A DNA stretch of 64,000 nucleotides from Blastocatellia bacterium (lineage in GTDB: Bacteria; Acidobacteriota; Blastocatellia; UBA7656). Under the pieces are notes generated by a model. That model was not told the origin of the DNA and did not search any database. It saw only the letters and a program-made list of their open reading frames with translations. This document shows, piece by piece, positions 1 through 9,854 of this stretch. The translations under genes and the position numbers were made by a program. Within the stretch, counting starts at the first letter, position 1; each line of letters starts with the position of its first letter. The DNA is taken from positions 576,001 to 640,000 of the forward strand of contig CAVXWP010000009.1 in the NCBI GenBank assembly GCA_963765495.1. Direction: 5' to 3'.

Positions 1-168
1 AAGATTGCGGTCACGCTCAAGCGAGGCTTTGCTCATCAGGTCGGCGATACGATCATAGTCGTAGAGTACATCGAGGTTGCCACTGCACGCGGGGCAGACG
101 TATTCGACTTCATTCGTCGTATGCTCGCGCCCGCATTCCAGACATTTGAAACCGATTGCGTTGCTCAT
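1..168 (-). CDS. Threonine synthase-like PLP enzyme, N-terminal part (runs off the window)
   Basis: Manual translation from ATG at 168: MSNAIGFKCLECGREHTTNEVEYVCPACSGNLDVLYDY...; the CxxC...CPxC..L.V.YDY N-terminus is typical of ThrC-family proteins; co-oriented with the cysK-like gene. Confidence 0.6.
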   Translation of the reverse strand, partial: MSNAIGFKCLECGREHTTNEVEYVCPACSGNLDVLYDYDRIADLMSKASLERDRNL

Positions 169-176
169 GATGGGTA

Positions 177-276
177 ATGCGCGATGCGTGATGCGCGATG
201 CGCGATTCTCAGGGTAGCTGCCTGTTAAAGGTAACTTGCAAGCCTGCTAAATCATGAATCACGAATCACGAATCAC
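177..276. repeat. Intergenic heptamer inverted tandem repeat (GCGTGAT / AATCACG family)
   Basis: GCGCGATGCGTGATGCGCGATGCGCGAT ... AATCATGAATCACGAATCACGAATCAC. Confidence 0.75.
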
Positions 277-1316
277 TCAATAATTTCCCAGCTACTTTGA
301 TATTTATCCAGTTGCTGCCGGGTGTAATCGTCAATAGGGTGATCGCGTTCGGGCGACCGTACGTGTTTGGAAGTGCCGCACAGTTCGGTCGAAAAGTATC
401 GCTGCCCCGAATCGCAGATCATCGTGACGATTCGTTTCATCTCAGGATGACGCTTCGCAAGTTTCAGGGCGGCGACGATATTTGCTCCCGAAGAGATGCC
501 GCAGAATATACCTTCTTCTCCGGCAAGTCGGCGGGCCATCTTCAGGGCTTCATCCGAAGTGATGGTAACTATGCCGTCGAGAAGGCTCAGGTCGAGGTCA
601 CGCGGGACAAAGCCGTCGCCAATGCCTTCGATCTTGTGTTCGCCCCACTTGCGCCGCGAAAGCAAGGGGCATTCGGCGGGCTCACCCGCGTAGAGTTTTA
701 TGCCCGGTTTTTGCTTTCTGAGGAACCGGCCTATTCCGGTCAACTGCCCGCCCGTACCCTGCGTGGCTACGTACGCATCTAAGCGCCCCGAGGTCTGATC
801 CCAGATTTCAGGCCCCGTAGATTTGTAATGCGCCTGAATGTTATCGGGGTTGTCGAATTGAGAAGGAACCCAATATTTCTTCGGATTTTTGCGCCGAATC
901 TCGTCGATTCTCGCAAGCGCAAGGTCTACGTCAGACTCTCCGCCGGGAGTGTAAATCATCTCTGTGCCGTAGGCGATGTTCATCTTTTTGCGTTCCTCGC
1001 TCATGCCTTCGGGCATCACGATGATGCACGGATAGCCCTTGACGGCGGCTATAAACGAGCAGGCGATGCCGGCATTGCCGGTCGAGCATTCGAGTATCGT
1101 CATGCCCTTTTTCAACTCGCCCCGCCGCTCGGCCTTTTCAATCATATTCAGATATATGCGATCTTTGAGCGAGCCCGAGGGGCTGAAGTATTCGAGCTTG
1201 ACCAGTATCTCAGACTTTACGTCTTCGGCTACCCGGTTGAGCCGAACCAGCGGCGTATGGCCTATCACATCCAAAATCGTTTTCGCGTACTTGCGCTGGG
1301 TGTCCCATTTCAGCAT
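273..1316 (-). CDS. PLP-dependent cysteine synthase family protein (CysK/CysM-like)
   Basis: IGHTPLVRL, SGSLKDR (PLP Lys), STGNAG, GTGG, IEGIG, GISSGA motifs. Confidence 0.9.
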   Translation of the reverse strand: MLKWDTQRKYAKTILDVIGHTPLVRLNRVAEDVKSEILVKLEYFSPSGSLKDRIYLNMIEKAERRGELKKGMTILECSTGNAGIACSFIAAVKGYPCIIVMPEGMSEERKKMNIAYGTEMIYTPGGESDVDLALARIDEIRRKNPKKYWVPSQFDNPDNIQAHYKSTGPEIWDQTSGRLDAYVATQGTGGQLTGIGRFLRKQKPGIKLYAGEPAECPLLSRRKWGEHKIEGIGDGFVPRDLDLSLLDGIVTITSDEALKMARRLAGEEGIFCGISSGANIVAALKLAKRHPEMKRIVTMICDSGQRYFSTELCGTSKHVRSPERDHPIDDYTRQQLDKYQSSWEIIE

Positions 1317-1424
1317 AGGCTTTTGTTAGACTGCGCTTCCTTTCATATATTCTCATTAGAATGCCCGATACGTGGCTACTCTATCAGAGTAGCGGATGTG
1401 AAACAATTAAGGGGTGGTTGCGTG

Positions 1425-1580
1425 CAGGGCTATTGCAAAGTCGAGCAAAAATGTAGGGGCAGCCCTTGTGGCTGCCCGAATCGCGCGTAAGCGCGATGAC
1501 AGTCATCGCCCTTCGGGCGATCCGGGCAGGGACAAGCCCTGCCCCTACCATACATGTCAAGCTACTTTGCAATAGCCCTG
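1425..1580. mobile_element. Non-autonomous MITE, 156 bp, carrying two REP-like palindromes
   Basis: Perfect 17-bp TIRs CAGGGCTATTGCAAAGT (1425-1441 / 1564-1580) flanked by the 10-bp direct repeat TGGTTGCGTG (1415-1424, 1581-1590); internal GTAGGGGC-type palindromes in opposite orientations. Confidence 0.85.
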
Positions 1581-1644
1581 TGGTTGCGTGACGGGCAGGA
1601 GTTCCAATATTATGCGCTCGAACTTCTTATGGAGAGGGTAGATC

Positions 1645-3351
1645 ATGTCTAAATCAATCTGGACGAGCGCGGTTTTGATGATGGCTTTGCTCACGCCGCT
1701 GTTGAATTATGGGCAATCACGGCCAAACGTTTCTAAAGAAACATTTGATGTTTTGATAAAGGGCGGAACCGTTTATGACGGCACTGGGAGCAAAGGGTTG
1801 CGCGCCGACGTAGGCATAAAGGCGGATCGCATCGCGGCTATAGGCAACCTCAGGACGGCCACGGCGAAAACCGTTATTGATGCTTCCGGGCTTGCCGTCA
1901 CACCCGGCTTTATCAATATGCTGTCGTGGTCAACTGAAACCCTGATCGTTGACGGTCGCTCGCAGGGAGAACTCAGGCAGGGCGTGACTACCCAGATATT
2001 CGGCGAAGGCGAATCGATGGGTCCGCTCAATGAAGAGATGAAGCGGCAGCTAAAGGCTCAGCAGGGCGATATAAAATACGATATAGAATGGACCACCCTG
2101 GCCGAGTATCTGACCTGGCTTGAGAAGCGCGGCGTATCGCAGAACGTTGCCTCGTTTGTCGGCGCTACAACGATTCGCGAATATGTGATCGGACTCGAAG
2201 ACAAAAAAGCTACGTCTGAACAACTCGATCAGATGCGCGAGCTTGTGCGGCGCGAGATGGAAGCCGGGGCTTTAGGCATAGGCTCGTCCTTGATCTACGC
2301 GCCCGCCTTTTACGCCTCTACCGAAGAGCTGATCGAGATGTGCAAGGTAGCTGCCCGGTACAAAGGCAAGTACATTTCTCACATGCGAAGCGAGGGAAAC
2401 CGGCTGATCGAAGCGGTTGAAGAGTTGTTGCGAATCAGCCGCGAGGCGGGACTCCCGGCAGAGATATATCATTTGAAAGCGGCGGGCCGAGAGAACTGGG
2501 GCAAGATGGATCGCGTCATCAAAATGGTCGAAGCGGCGCGGCGCAAAGGGCAAAAGATCACGGCCGACATGTACACTTACACGGCAGGGGCGACGGGGCT
2601 GGATGCGGCGATGCCGCCGTGGGCGCTCGACGGTGGATACGAGGCCCTGTTCAAACGGCTTCAAGATGCGCCCACTCGCGCGCGTATCGCAGAAGCCATG
2701 CGAACACCTACGAATGATTGGGAAAACCTCTATCTGGCGGCAGGCTCGCCGGATCGCGTCCTGCTGGTCGATTTCAAATCAGAAAAGCTGAAGCCATTGA
2801 CAGGCAAGACGCTTGCGGAGGTGGCCGAGATGCGCGGCACTGGCCCCGTAGAAACGATTATGGACCTCGTGCTTGAAGATCGCTCGCGTGTGGGGACGGT
2901 CTATTTCTTGATGTCGGAAGAGAATGTCAGAAAGCAGCTACGCCAGCCGTGGGTGTCGCTTGGTTCCGATGCTGGATCAATGGCACCGGAAGGGGTGTTT
3001 TTGAAATCGTCCACTCACCCTCGCGCCTACGGAAATTTCGCTCGATTGCTTGGGAAATATGTACGGGAAGAGAGAGTGATTTCACTTGAAGAAGCCGTGC
3101 GCCGGTTGAGCGGATTGCCCGCCACAAACCTGGGGCTGGATCATCGCGGATACTTAAAGAAAGGGATGTTTGCCGACATAGTGGTCTTCGATCCCAGGAC
3201 CATTGCGGACCGGGCGACATTTGATAATCCGCATCAGTACGCGGTCGGAGTCAAACATGTATTCGTAAACGGAACGCAGGTAATCAAAGACGGAGAGCAC
3301 ACGGGCGCAAAGCCGGGCCGGGCGCTCTGGGGACCGGGCAAGATCAGGTGA
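1645..3351 (+). CDS. N-acyl-D-amino-acid deacylase (D-aminoacylase) family amidohydrolase, secreted
   Basis: Signal peptide; DVLIKGGTVYDGTG, PGFIN, HMRSEG, HPRAYGNF, ADIVVFDP motifs. Confidence 0.85.
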   Translation: MSKSIWTSAVLMMALLTPLLNYGQSRPNVSKETFDVLIKGGTVYDGTGSKGLRADVGIKADRIAAIGNLRTATAKTVIDASGLAVTPGFINMLSWSTETLIVDGRSQGELRQGVTTQIFGEGESMGPLNEEMKRQLKAQQGDIKYDIEWTTLAEYLTWLEKRGVSQNVASFVGATTIREYVIGLEDKKATSEQLDQMRELVRREMEAGALGIGSSLIYAPAFYASTEELIEMCKVAARYKGKYISHMRSEGNRLIEAVEELLRISREAGLPAEIYHLKAAGRENWGKMDRVIKMVEAARRKGQKITADMYTYTAGATGLDAAMPPWALDGGYEALFKRLQDAPTRARIAEAMRTPTNDWENLYLAAGSPDRVLLVDFKSEKLKPLTGKTLAEVAEMRGTGPVETIMDLVLEDRSRVGTVYFLMSEENVRKQLRQPWVSLGSDAGSMAPEGVFLKSSTHPRAYGNFARLLGKYVREERVISLEEAVRRLSGLPATNLGLDHRGYLKKGMFADIVVFDPRTIADRATFDNPHQYAVGVKHVFVNGTQVIKDGEHTGAKPGRALWGPGKIR

Positions 3352-4003
3352 AAATTCAAAAAAATGAAATTTTTACGATTTTTTCTATTGACATAATGTA
3401 ACTTTCATACTATTACTGAATGGACGATTTAATACATAACGCTTCTCGGTAACGATGCTCGGATATAGCAGGGCAGGCTGGTTTATAAATAGTCAGTTTG
3501 ATAGAGCATCAGAACGACCTTTCCTTGGGTAATTGGGTTCCCGCAAATTCAATAGACCGATGCAAAAAGTGGTGCCCGGGCCAGATCCAGTATTCAGTAT
3601 CTGTCTGGGTTGCAGCCCGAGCAATCTCATAGCGCCAGTAACAGAAACTGGCGGGGCGGACAGATTTATTAACCGTCACCCGTCGGCGTTAAGTGCGGAG
3701 GTCTGGGGAATTTTTGTGTTGAAGTTGAATGAAGATACACACTTTTCATAGTTTTATCTTAATTTGATGAATAGCAAAAGCGGCATCTATGGGTGCCAAC
3801 ACGGCGAGGGTTAAAGCCGGGCGTCTTTAATAAGTCGCCTGATCTGGTCTGTTTTTTCACCCGCAATTCTTGCAAGCATTCTCGCATTAAACACGTCGCC
3901 ACTTGGCGTTTCAGTACAGGTGCGATCAAACCCTAACACTATAACCACCAGTGGAGCAATTACAGGAACTTTTCAATCTCGATACTGAGAGGAGGACTCT
4001 AAT

Positions 4004-6025
4004 ATGTCGAAACCTCAAGAGAGGAAAAAGAAGGAATCTATGAAGAAGGGGGACGAGGTCAGCAGAAGAACGGTGCTGAAGATGGGAGCGGCAGCGGGGG
4101 CTGCGACCCTTTTACGCCCGATCATTTTGACATCGAAGAAGTCAAGCGTCTACGGCATGACTGGAGTCGCGGAGCCCGTATTATGCGCTCCAACTCCGGT
4201 GCCGCAGAGCCCGCCGCACACGCCGTTTGTCGACGACCTGCCGGTCCCAAATCCGGCAATTCCACAACTCCTACTCCCTCTGCCCACGAAGAACGCCAAC
4301 ATAGCCCACGGCGAGGCCGCGCGCGACCCGCACCAGCGTTGGGAGGAATTCACCCCTGCCGTAACCTATCAATTTGAGGCAAAAGCTGGAACCCATCAGT
4401 TCCACCGCGACTACCTGCCGTCATACACGTGGGGATTCAACGGCGTGTACCCGGGGCCGACGGTCCTCAATGCCTACGGCGTGCCATCGCTTGTGCGAAT
4501 CAAGAACAACCTGCCGCTTTCGACTACCAGCTTCGGCAGAAACCAGACGACCATCCACCTGCACAACGGGCATACCGCGTCGGAGAGCGATGGATTTGCG
4601 GGCGACTTCTTCGATCCCGGACTGTTCAAGGACAATCACTACGCAAACGCATATGCCGGGATTGACGCCTTCGGCGGATTTCCGAAAGGCGACCCGCGCG
4701 AAGCCATGCATACTTTCTGGTATCACGATCACAAAGCGGGTGACACGGCCAACAACAACTACCTTGGAATGAACGGGGTGTATCTGGTATACGACGATAC
4801 AGACCCGCCCTGGGAGTTCAACACGCCAGGCTCTCTCAGGCTGCCCGCCTACTACGGCGTAACCGATATTCCGCTGGTATTCCTCCGGCAAAGATTCTGC
4901 GCTACCGACCCCTCTACCGGGCGCACCGAGCGGTTCCAGGTAGTGGGTGGAGCAGCACCGGCTACCGACAAGGTGACGGTTAATGGAAAGATTCAGCCAA
5001 AACTATCCGTCAGGCGGCGTAAATACCGTTTTCGCATGGTCAACACCGGCGTGGTATTGCCCGTTGCGGTGAGCCTCGTGGGGCCGGACGGCTCGCAGAA
5101 GCGGATGACGGTCGTCGCCGCCGATGCCAATTTCCTGCATCAGCCTGCTGACGTCAGCGCCACAAGCGGGTTTCCCTCTCTCGACATCAACGTGGCGTCG
5201 CGCTTTGACGTGATCATTGACTTCAGCCAGTTCCAGGTTGGCCAGTCGGCCTATCTGAGAGAGGACACCACCACTCCGCAGTTTGTCAGTACCCCGACGC
5301 CACCTGATCCAGCGCCGGGACTGCCCATCGGAAACGTGCTTATGCGGTTCGACATTATCGGGAATGCCATCATACCCGATACGCCGCCGATACCGAATAC
5401 GCTGGTTGAACTGCCGCCGATACCGCCTGCGGCGCCAGGGGTTGATCCTTTCGAGTGGGGCTTCCGGTTTATTCCGGGTCAGGCAGATGGGAACAATTTC
5501 CGCGTCTCTCACTCGGATGTAACTGACAATGACACACAAATGACCAACAACTTTTTGCCGTTCGATCCGTTCCGTGTAGACCATGCGGTGTTGAAGGGCA
5601 CGACGGAAGAATGGATCATCAGAAACGATACGCTTGCGGGCAACTGGCTCCATCCCGTGCATATTCATCTGGAAGAGGGCCGGATACTCGAACGAACTGT
5701 GTGCAACGTTCCCAGCCAAACCGGATGCTTGCCGCAAGACCGAGTTCCTGTCGCGATGCCTCCGTGGGAGGACGGCACCAACGCGCGCAGGGATGTCTAT
5801 CCGGTGCCGGGTCAGCATAGGTTGAGAATCAGGCTGGCATTCAGGGATTTCCACGGGCGCTATCTGATCCACTGCCACAATATGAATCACGAAGACGCCT
5901 TCATGATGGTGCGCTGGGATGTGGTCGAAACCATGGCCGAATTGCGCAAGCGCCGAGAGGAAATCAATGCGGACCGCATCGCCAGGGGCTTGCCGTTGCT
6001 GTATAGAAAGGAGGATTTGGGCTAA
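4004..6025 (+). CDS. Tat-exported multicopper oxidase (bilirubin oxidase/CotA-like)
   Basis: SRRTVLK Tat motif; Cu ligands HLH, WYHDH, HPVHIH, HCHNMNHEDAFM; RBS GAGGAGG upstream. Confidence 0.9.
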   Translation: MSKPQERKKKESMKKGDEVSRRTVLKMGAAAGAATLLRPIILTSKKSSVYGMTGVAEPVLCAPTPVPQSPPHTPFVDDLPVPNPAIPQLLLPLPTKNANIAHGEAARDPHQRWEEFTPAVTYQFEAKAGTHQFHRDYLPSYTWGFNGVYPGPTVLNAYGVPSLVRIKNNLPLSTTSFGRNQTTIHLHNGHTASESDGFAGDFFDPGLFKDNHYANAYAGIDAFGGFPKGDPREAMHTFWYHDHKAGDTANNNYLGMNGVYLVYDDTDPPWEFNTPGSLRLPAYYGVTDIPLVFLRQRFCATDPSTGRTERFQVVGGAAPATDKVTVNGKIQPKLSVRRRKYRFRMVNTGVVLPVAVSLVGPDGSQKRMTVVAADANFLHQPADVSATSGFPSLDINVASRFDVIIDFSQFQVGQSAYLREDTTTPQFVSTPTPPDPAPGLPIGNVLMRFDIIGNAIIPDTPPIPNTLVELPPIPPAAPGVDPFEWGFRFIPGQADGNNFRVSHSDVTDNDTQMTNNFLPFDPFRVDHAVLKGTTEEWIIRNDTLAGNWLHPVHIHLEEGRILERTVCNVPSQTGCLPQDRVPVAMPPWEDGTNARRDVYPVPGQHRLRIRLAFRDFHGRYLIHCHNMNHEDAFMMVRWDVVETMAELRKRREEINADRIARGLPLLYRKEDLG

Positions 6026-6705
6026 TGCAAAGAAGGAAATTTTTCACAAACCTCGCAAGCGACAAGTCGGCAAGCGCGATACCTGCGCCCGTGCAGGGCG
6101 TGCCGCACGTGGGGTCGCCGGGGCCTGCGGTCTTTACCAATGCCCTTCTGCGCACCCACGAAAACAAGGAGGTCCGCTTCTACGATGACCTGATCCGGGG
6201 CAAGCAGGTGTTGATCAACCTGATGTATGCGACCTGCGAAGGGGCCTGTCCTCTGGTCACCGCCAGAATGCGGCTAGTCTACGATGCGCTGAAAGATCGG
6301 ATGGGTAAGGACCTGTTCATGTACTCGATGACCGTCAAACCGGAAGAGGACGATCCGGCGGCGCTCAAGGAGTATGCGAAGATGCACCGGGCGCTGCTGC
6401 CGGGCTGGACTTACCTGACGGGTGATCCGTATGACCTCGAAACCATCCGTTACCGGCTTTACAACATGGGCCATATCATGGTGGATACGGACATCTATTC
6501 GCACGCATCGTTTATGCGCATCATCAACGATGCCACCAACGTCTGGCTGCACGTTGATCCCATGGCAAGCATGTCGACGGTGCTGCGGAAAATCTCGTGG
6601 GCCGATCCTCCCAAGACGCACGAGCAAATTATGGAGGCCAATCGAAAACTCCAGGAGCAGATCGACAGGGAGCGAAAAAAGTTCGGCTACCGAATGACTG
6701 ATTGA
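6025..6705 (+). CDS. SCO1/SenC family copper chaperone
   Basis: YATCEGACP (CxxxC) plus distal His (YSHAS); QRRKFF Tat-like N-terminus; start overlaps the oxidase stop codon. Confidence 0.85.
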   Translation: MQRRKFFTNLASDKSASAIPAPVQGVPHVGSPGPAVFTNALLRTHENKEVRFYDDLIRGKQVLINLMYATCEGACPLVTARMRLVYDALKDRMGKDLFMYSMTVKPEEDDPAALKEYAKMHRALLPGWTYLTGDPYDLETIRYRLYNMGHIMVDTDIYSHASFMRIINDATNVWLHVDPMASMSTVLRKISWADPPKTHEQIMEANRKLQEQIDRERKKFGYRMTD

Positions 6706-6835
6706 CGAAGAACATTGAGGGCGAAAGGGCCGCGACAACCTCTCAGCCCTCAACGGTTCGTTCAATGTGGAACTAAGAATAGAAGTTGTCGAAAGGCGAC
6801 TTCTATTCTTAGCCCTTTAATTCAAGGAGATTGCC

Positions 6836-7798
6836 ATGAAACGACTTGCCATGATAGCTGGATTGATCCTTGTTGGCCTGACTCCAATCACCACGGCATT
6901 GGGTCAGAATGGTTGCGAACTCAACATCGTCGGCACCTGGAAAGCTGAGAAGTCTGACCAGGCAAACCCGATCCTTTATCGTTTCACGCCGGATGCCAGG
7001 GTGAGGGTGCTATCGAGGTCGGGGCAGAGTTCAGAATTGCGCGAAATCGCCAGCGCCGGCTATACGCTGGATAATCCCAAAGCCCCGAAGACTATCCTGG
7101 TCAAAGCCGAAAAGGGAGTTAGCGGCTTTGCAAAGGGTATCACCTCGCTCGTCATAACCGGGTACGACGACACCTCGATGACACTGGTAAAATCGAGTGC
7201 CGAGCCCGTGCGCTGGGTCAGAGTAGACCCTTATAAATACTACATCGTCCTCGCCGGGCGTATTGGAACGTTCTATGATCGCAGCGGGCCGACGTTCCCG
7301 ATGTTGATCAAGACAGACGGAAAGCAGACGCAAATAGATGCTGTGGGCACTTATGCGGACGGCAGTTATTGGGCTTTCGGCGCGGTCCCCCCGGAAACTT
7401 ATAACGAGTTTATGAAAGAATCCGGCAAAGATTCGGACGTGATGCTGCGTCTTGAAATCACGGCGGCCCAGTATGAGAGAGGTTTGAAGATCGTCAAGAC
7501 CTGGGAAAGACGCGCCAGCAACGACGAACTCTTATACTTCGACGTTTTGCTGGATAACATTTTGATGGTGAAGCAGGTAGCCGAGAGCCTCAACCAGTGC
7601 GGGGAAAGCTTCAAGTTGTACAAGCTGGATTGGAGCCTTGAGGATAACATCTCTTCGTCTTCGCCGCGCGATGACAACCCGTTTTCGCGCATCCCGTTCC
7701 TGTATTTTAAGGAACTGAAGCGACTCAATCAGTCGCTTCACGTCACGGATGCGGAGTTTTACGGACACGAGAAGATGCTGAAACAGACAGGGCAGTGA
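6836..7798 (+). CDS. Secreted hypothetical protein (paralog 1)
   Basis: RBS AAGGAG, signal peptide; shares motifs with the next ORF. Confidence 0.75.
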   Translation: MKRLAMIAGLILVGLTPITTALGQNGCELNIVGTWKAEKSDQANPILYRFTPDARVRVLSRSGQSSELREIASAGYTLDNPKAPKTILVKAEKGVSGFAKGITSLVITGYDDTSMTLVKSSAEPVRWVRVDPYKYYIVLAGRIGTFYDRSGPTFPMLIKTDGKQTQIDAVGTYADGSYWAFGAVPPETYNEFMKESGKDSDVMLRLEITAAQYERGLKIVKTWERRASNDELLYFDVLLDNILMVKQVAESLNQCGESFKLYKLDWSLEDNISSSSPRDDNPFSRIPFLYFKELKRLNQSLHVTDAEFYGHEKMLKQTGQ

Positions 7799-7843
7799 CT
7801 CGGTCACTCCCTGCGCGCTGCCGTACGAGAAAGGAGGGCCTGA

Positions 7844-8857
7844 TTGATGAAACGAACCATCTTCCTCTGTTCGTTTGCGCTCATTTGCCTGCTGGCCGGG
7901 CGTGCGGACCCAGGCCAGTCAAATGCCAAATCTGATGGCAAGGTGGCGGCCTGCCCCTTCAGTATCGTCGGCCTTTGGAGAGCAGAGGGGACAACCGAAA
8001 TGACCCGCCTCCTTTTCGACTTTTCGCCCGAAGGCTATGTTACGATGCTCGGTTATTCTCCGAACGCATTGCCCCAGGATTTCGAGATGGTGGGGGCAGT
8101 CGATTACAAGCTGGACAGGACAGGTGCGCCCAAACGCATCGACTTCATAAATACGCGCGGAAATGATGCCTTCCAGCCGGGGATCACTATACTCGAAATC
8201 ATCGAGTATAGTGACACAAACTTCACCACAAAGGACCCCGCATCCGGGCAACAAACGCGATGGGTCAGGGAGCAGATGCACAGGTATTTCCTCACCTTCG
8301 CCGCCCGCAACGCGCCCGACGGCGGGGCTGCGCTGGCAATGTGGACCGTGCTGGACGGACGCAATACGAAAAACGACGCGCTCGGCCTTCAACATCTCAA
8401 GGATGATGAGGGCAAAACCGCGCCCGTGTTCGGACCTGTTCCGGTCGATGTCTACGACCAGATCAATAAAGAGAATGAAAAGGAGAAGAAAACCAACAAG
8501 AATGAGACCGCGATCATGCGCTTTGAGTTGACTCAGGCAGAGTTTGAGGCGACCTACAAGACCTATCAACTATGGGAGAAGCAGGTGAAGGATCACAAGC
8601 TCCCGAACCGGAACGCTTATTTCAACGCGCTGGAGTTTTTGACGAGAGTGGCTGATGGTCTCAATCAGTGCGGTGAAAAGGCAAGTCTCTACAGGCCGAC
8701 CCGGAGCGAGCAGGACGAAATCGCCTCCAGATATGCTCTTCCCCGACGTATGCTGGAGTATATAAGGATGTTGAGGAAGAAGAACGAAGATCTGCACATC
8801 AGTGACGCGGATTTTCCCTGGCAATGGCGACCGATGATACAGATGCCGGAGCAATGA
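7844..8857 (+). CDS. Secreted hypothetical protein (paralog 2)
   Basis: RBS AAGGAGG, signal peptide; shared CxxxIVGxWxAE, FGxVP, LNQCGE, LHxxDAxF motifs with 6836..7798. Confidence 0.75.
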   Translation: MMKRTIFLCSFALICLLAGRADPGQSNAKSDGKVAACPFSIVGLWRAEGTTEMTRLLFDFSPEGYVTMLGYSPNALPQDFEMVGAVDYKLDRTGAPKRIDFINTRGNDAFQPGITILEIIEYSDTNFTTKDPASGQQTRWVREQMHRYFLTFAARNAPDGGAALAMWTVLDGRNTKNDALGLQHLKDDEGKTAPVFGPVPVDVYDQINKENEKEKKTNKNETAIMRFELTQAEFEATYKTYQLWEKQVKDHKLPNRNAYFNALEFLTRVADGLNQCGEKASLYRPTRSEQDEIASRYALPRRMLEYIRMLRKKNEDLHISDADFPWQWRPMIQMPEQ

Positions 8858-9029
8858 TTGCGGGAGGATTGTTTTGAACATCGCATCACAGCCCCCTGCA
8901 TTTAGTCAGCAGACGATCACCTGTGAATCAGAAGTTCGTCTGGAGTGATTGGCATACTCGCATAGTTTCGTCAGTACTGAATCCTCAGTACTGTAGGGAT
9001 ATAACTTCTAACTTCGAAGGAGAATCAGT

Positions 9030-9212
9030 ATGACTACAACTGCAACCAGTATTTTCGCTCAACAGGGCAGGACTGGCCAGGAATGTCAAACGAGCGGTCC
9101 GTACAGGTCTGACAGAAATCCCACTATCATTGTGTACTTCAAGAAAGGGGATAAGTTTACAGTTGACCCCGTTGACGGACGCGACACGACCTGGTCGATG
9201 GTACGTGACTGA
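9030..9212 (+). CDS. Small protein, YjzC-like
   Basis: Strong RBS GAAGGAG before ATG; TGQECQTSGPY...KGDKF...W pattern resembles the YjzC family. Confidence 0.55.
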   Translation: MTTTATSIFAQQGRTGQECQTSGPYRSDRNPTIIVYFKKGDKFTVDPVDGRDTTWSMVRD

Positions 9213-9304
9213 AACATATTTCGTGAGGGGATAGAGATGTCGCGCTCTACCCTCGTCATTTTCCTGATGCCCGACTTTCCCTGCCATCTAAGAAGGATCG
9301 AAAT

Positions 9305-9391
9305 AGGCCACGGATGACACGGATGCGACGGATCAACACGGATTTGATTCTATTTGATCCGATCCGCGAAAACCCGTCGAATCCGTGGCCT
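9305..9391. repeat. CGGAT 9-mer inverted tandem repeat
   Basis: AGGCCACGGATGACACGGATGCGACGGATCAACACGGAT ... ATCCGTGGCCT; related copies near 18525, 36369, 39007. Confidence 0.8.
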
Positions 9392-9854
9392 GCTTCTGAT
9401 TACCTTACTCTGGAGTTTCGTTCGCCCACCTGTGTTTCGATGATCATATCGAGCCTTCTTTCCCCCTTAACACAACTTCACAAATTCTTTATAAAATCTT
9501 GACACACGCTTTAGGGTTTTTGACGTTCAACCTGACGAAAGAGCTATAACATTACGAAACTTGCATTCTCACAAGGCCCGCTCCTCGCAAGTGAGATGGG
9601 CTGAGTCGAGCTGGAGACCTCCTCATCTCTAGCCTCGGACTATAATCTCATCGCGCCCCTTGCGTGGGATTTTGGAATGTATCTTGAGCACTAAGGGTGG
9701 AACCACTCTGAAACGTCGTTTCGCCTGCTAACTTACTGCCCGACTCGAACAACCGCATATCTTTTAGACCGATGGCAAGAATTGATTTCATTTGCCTCGT
9801 TTGGGACAAGTGTTTTCACATTCATCATCACCGATCACTTAAGAAAGGAACTCT

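Noticed and set aside
1384-1572. 62-aa ORF containing VGAGLVPA
   Set aside because: It is a translation of the REP/MITE palindromes; no RBS or independent coding evidence
3533-3751. 72-aa ORF in the oxidase leader
   Set aside because: TTG start, no RBS, no recognisable motif
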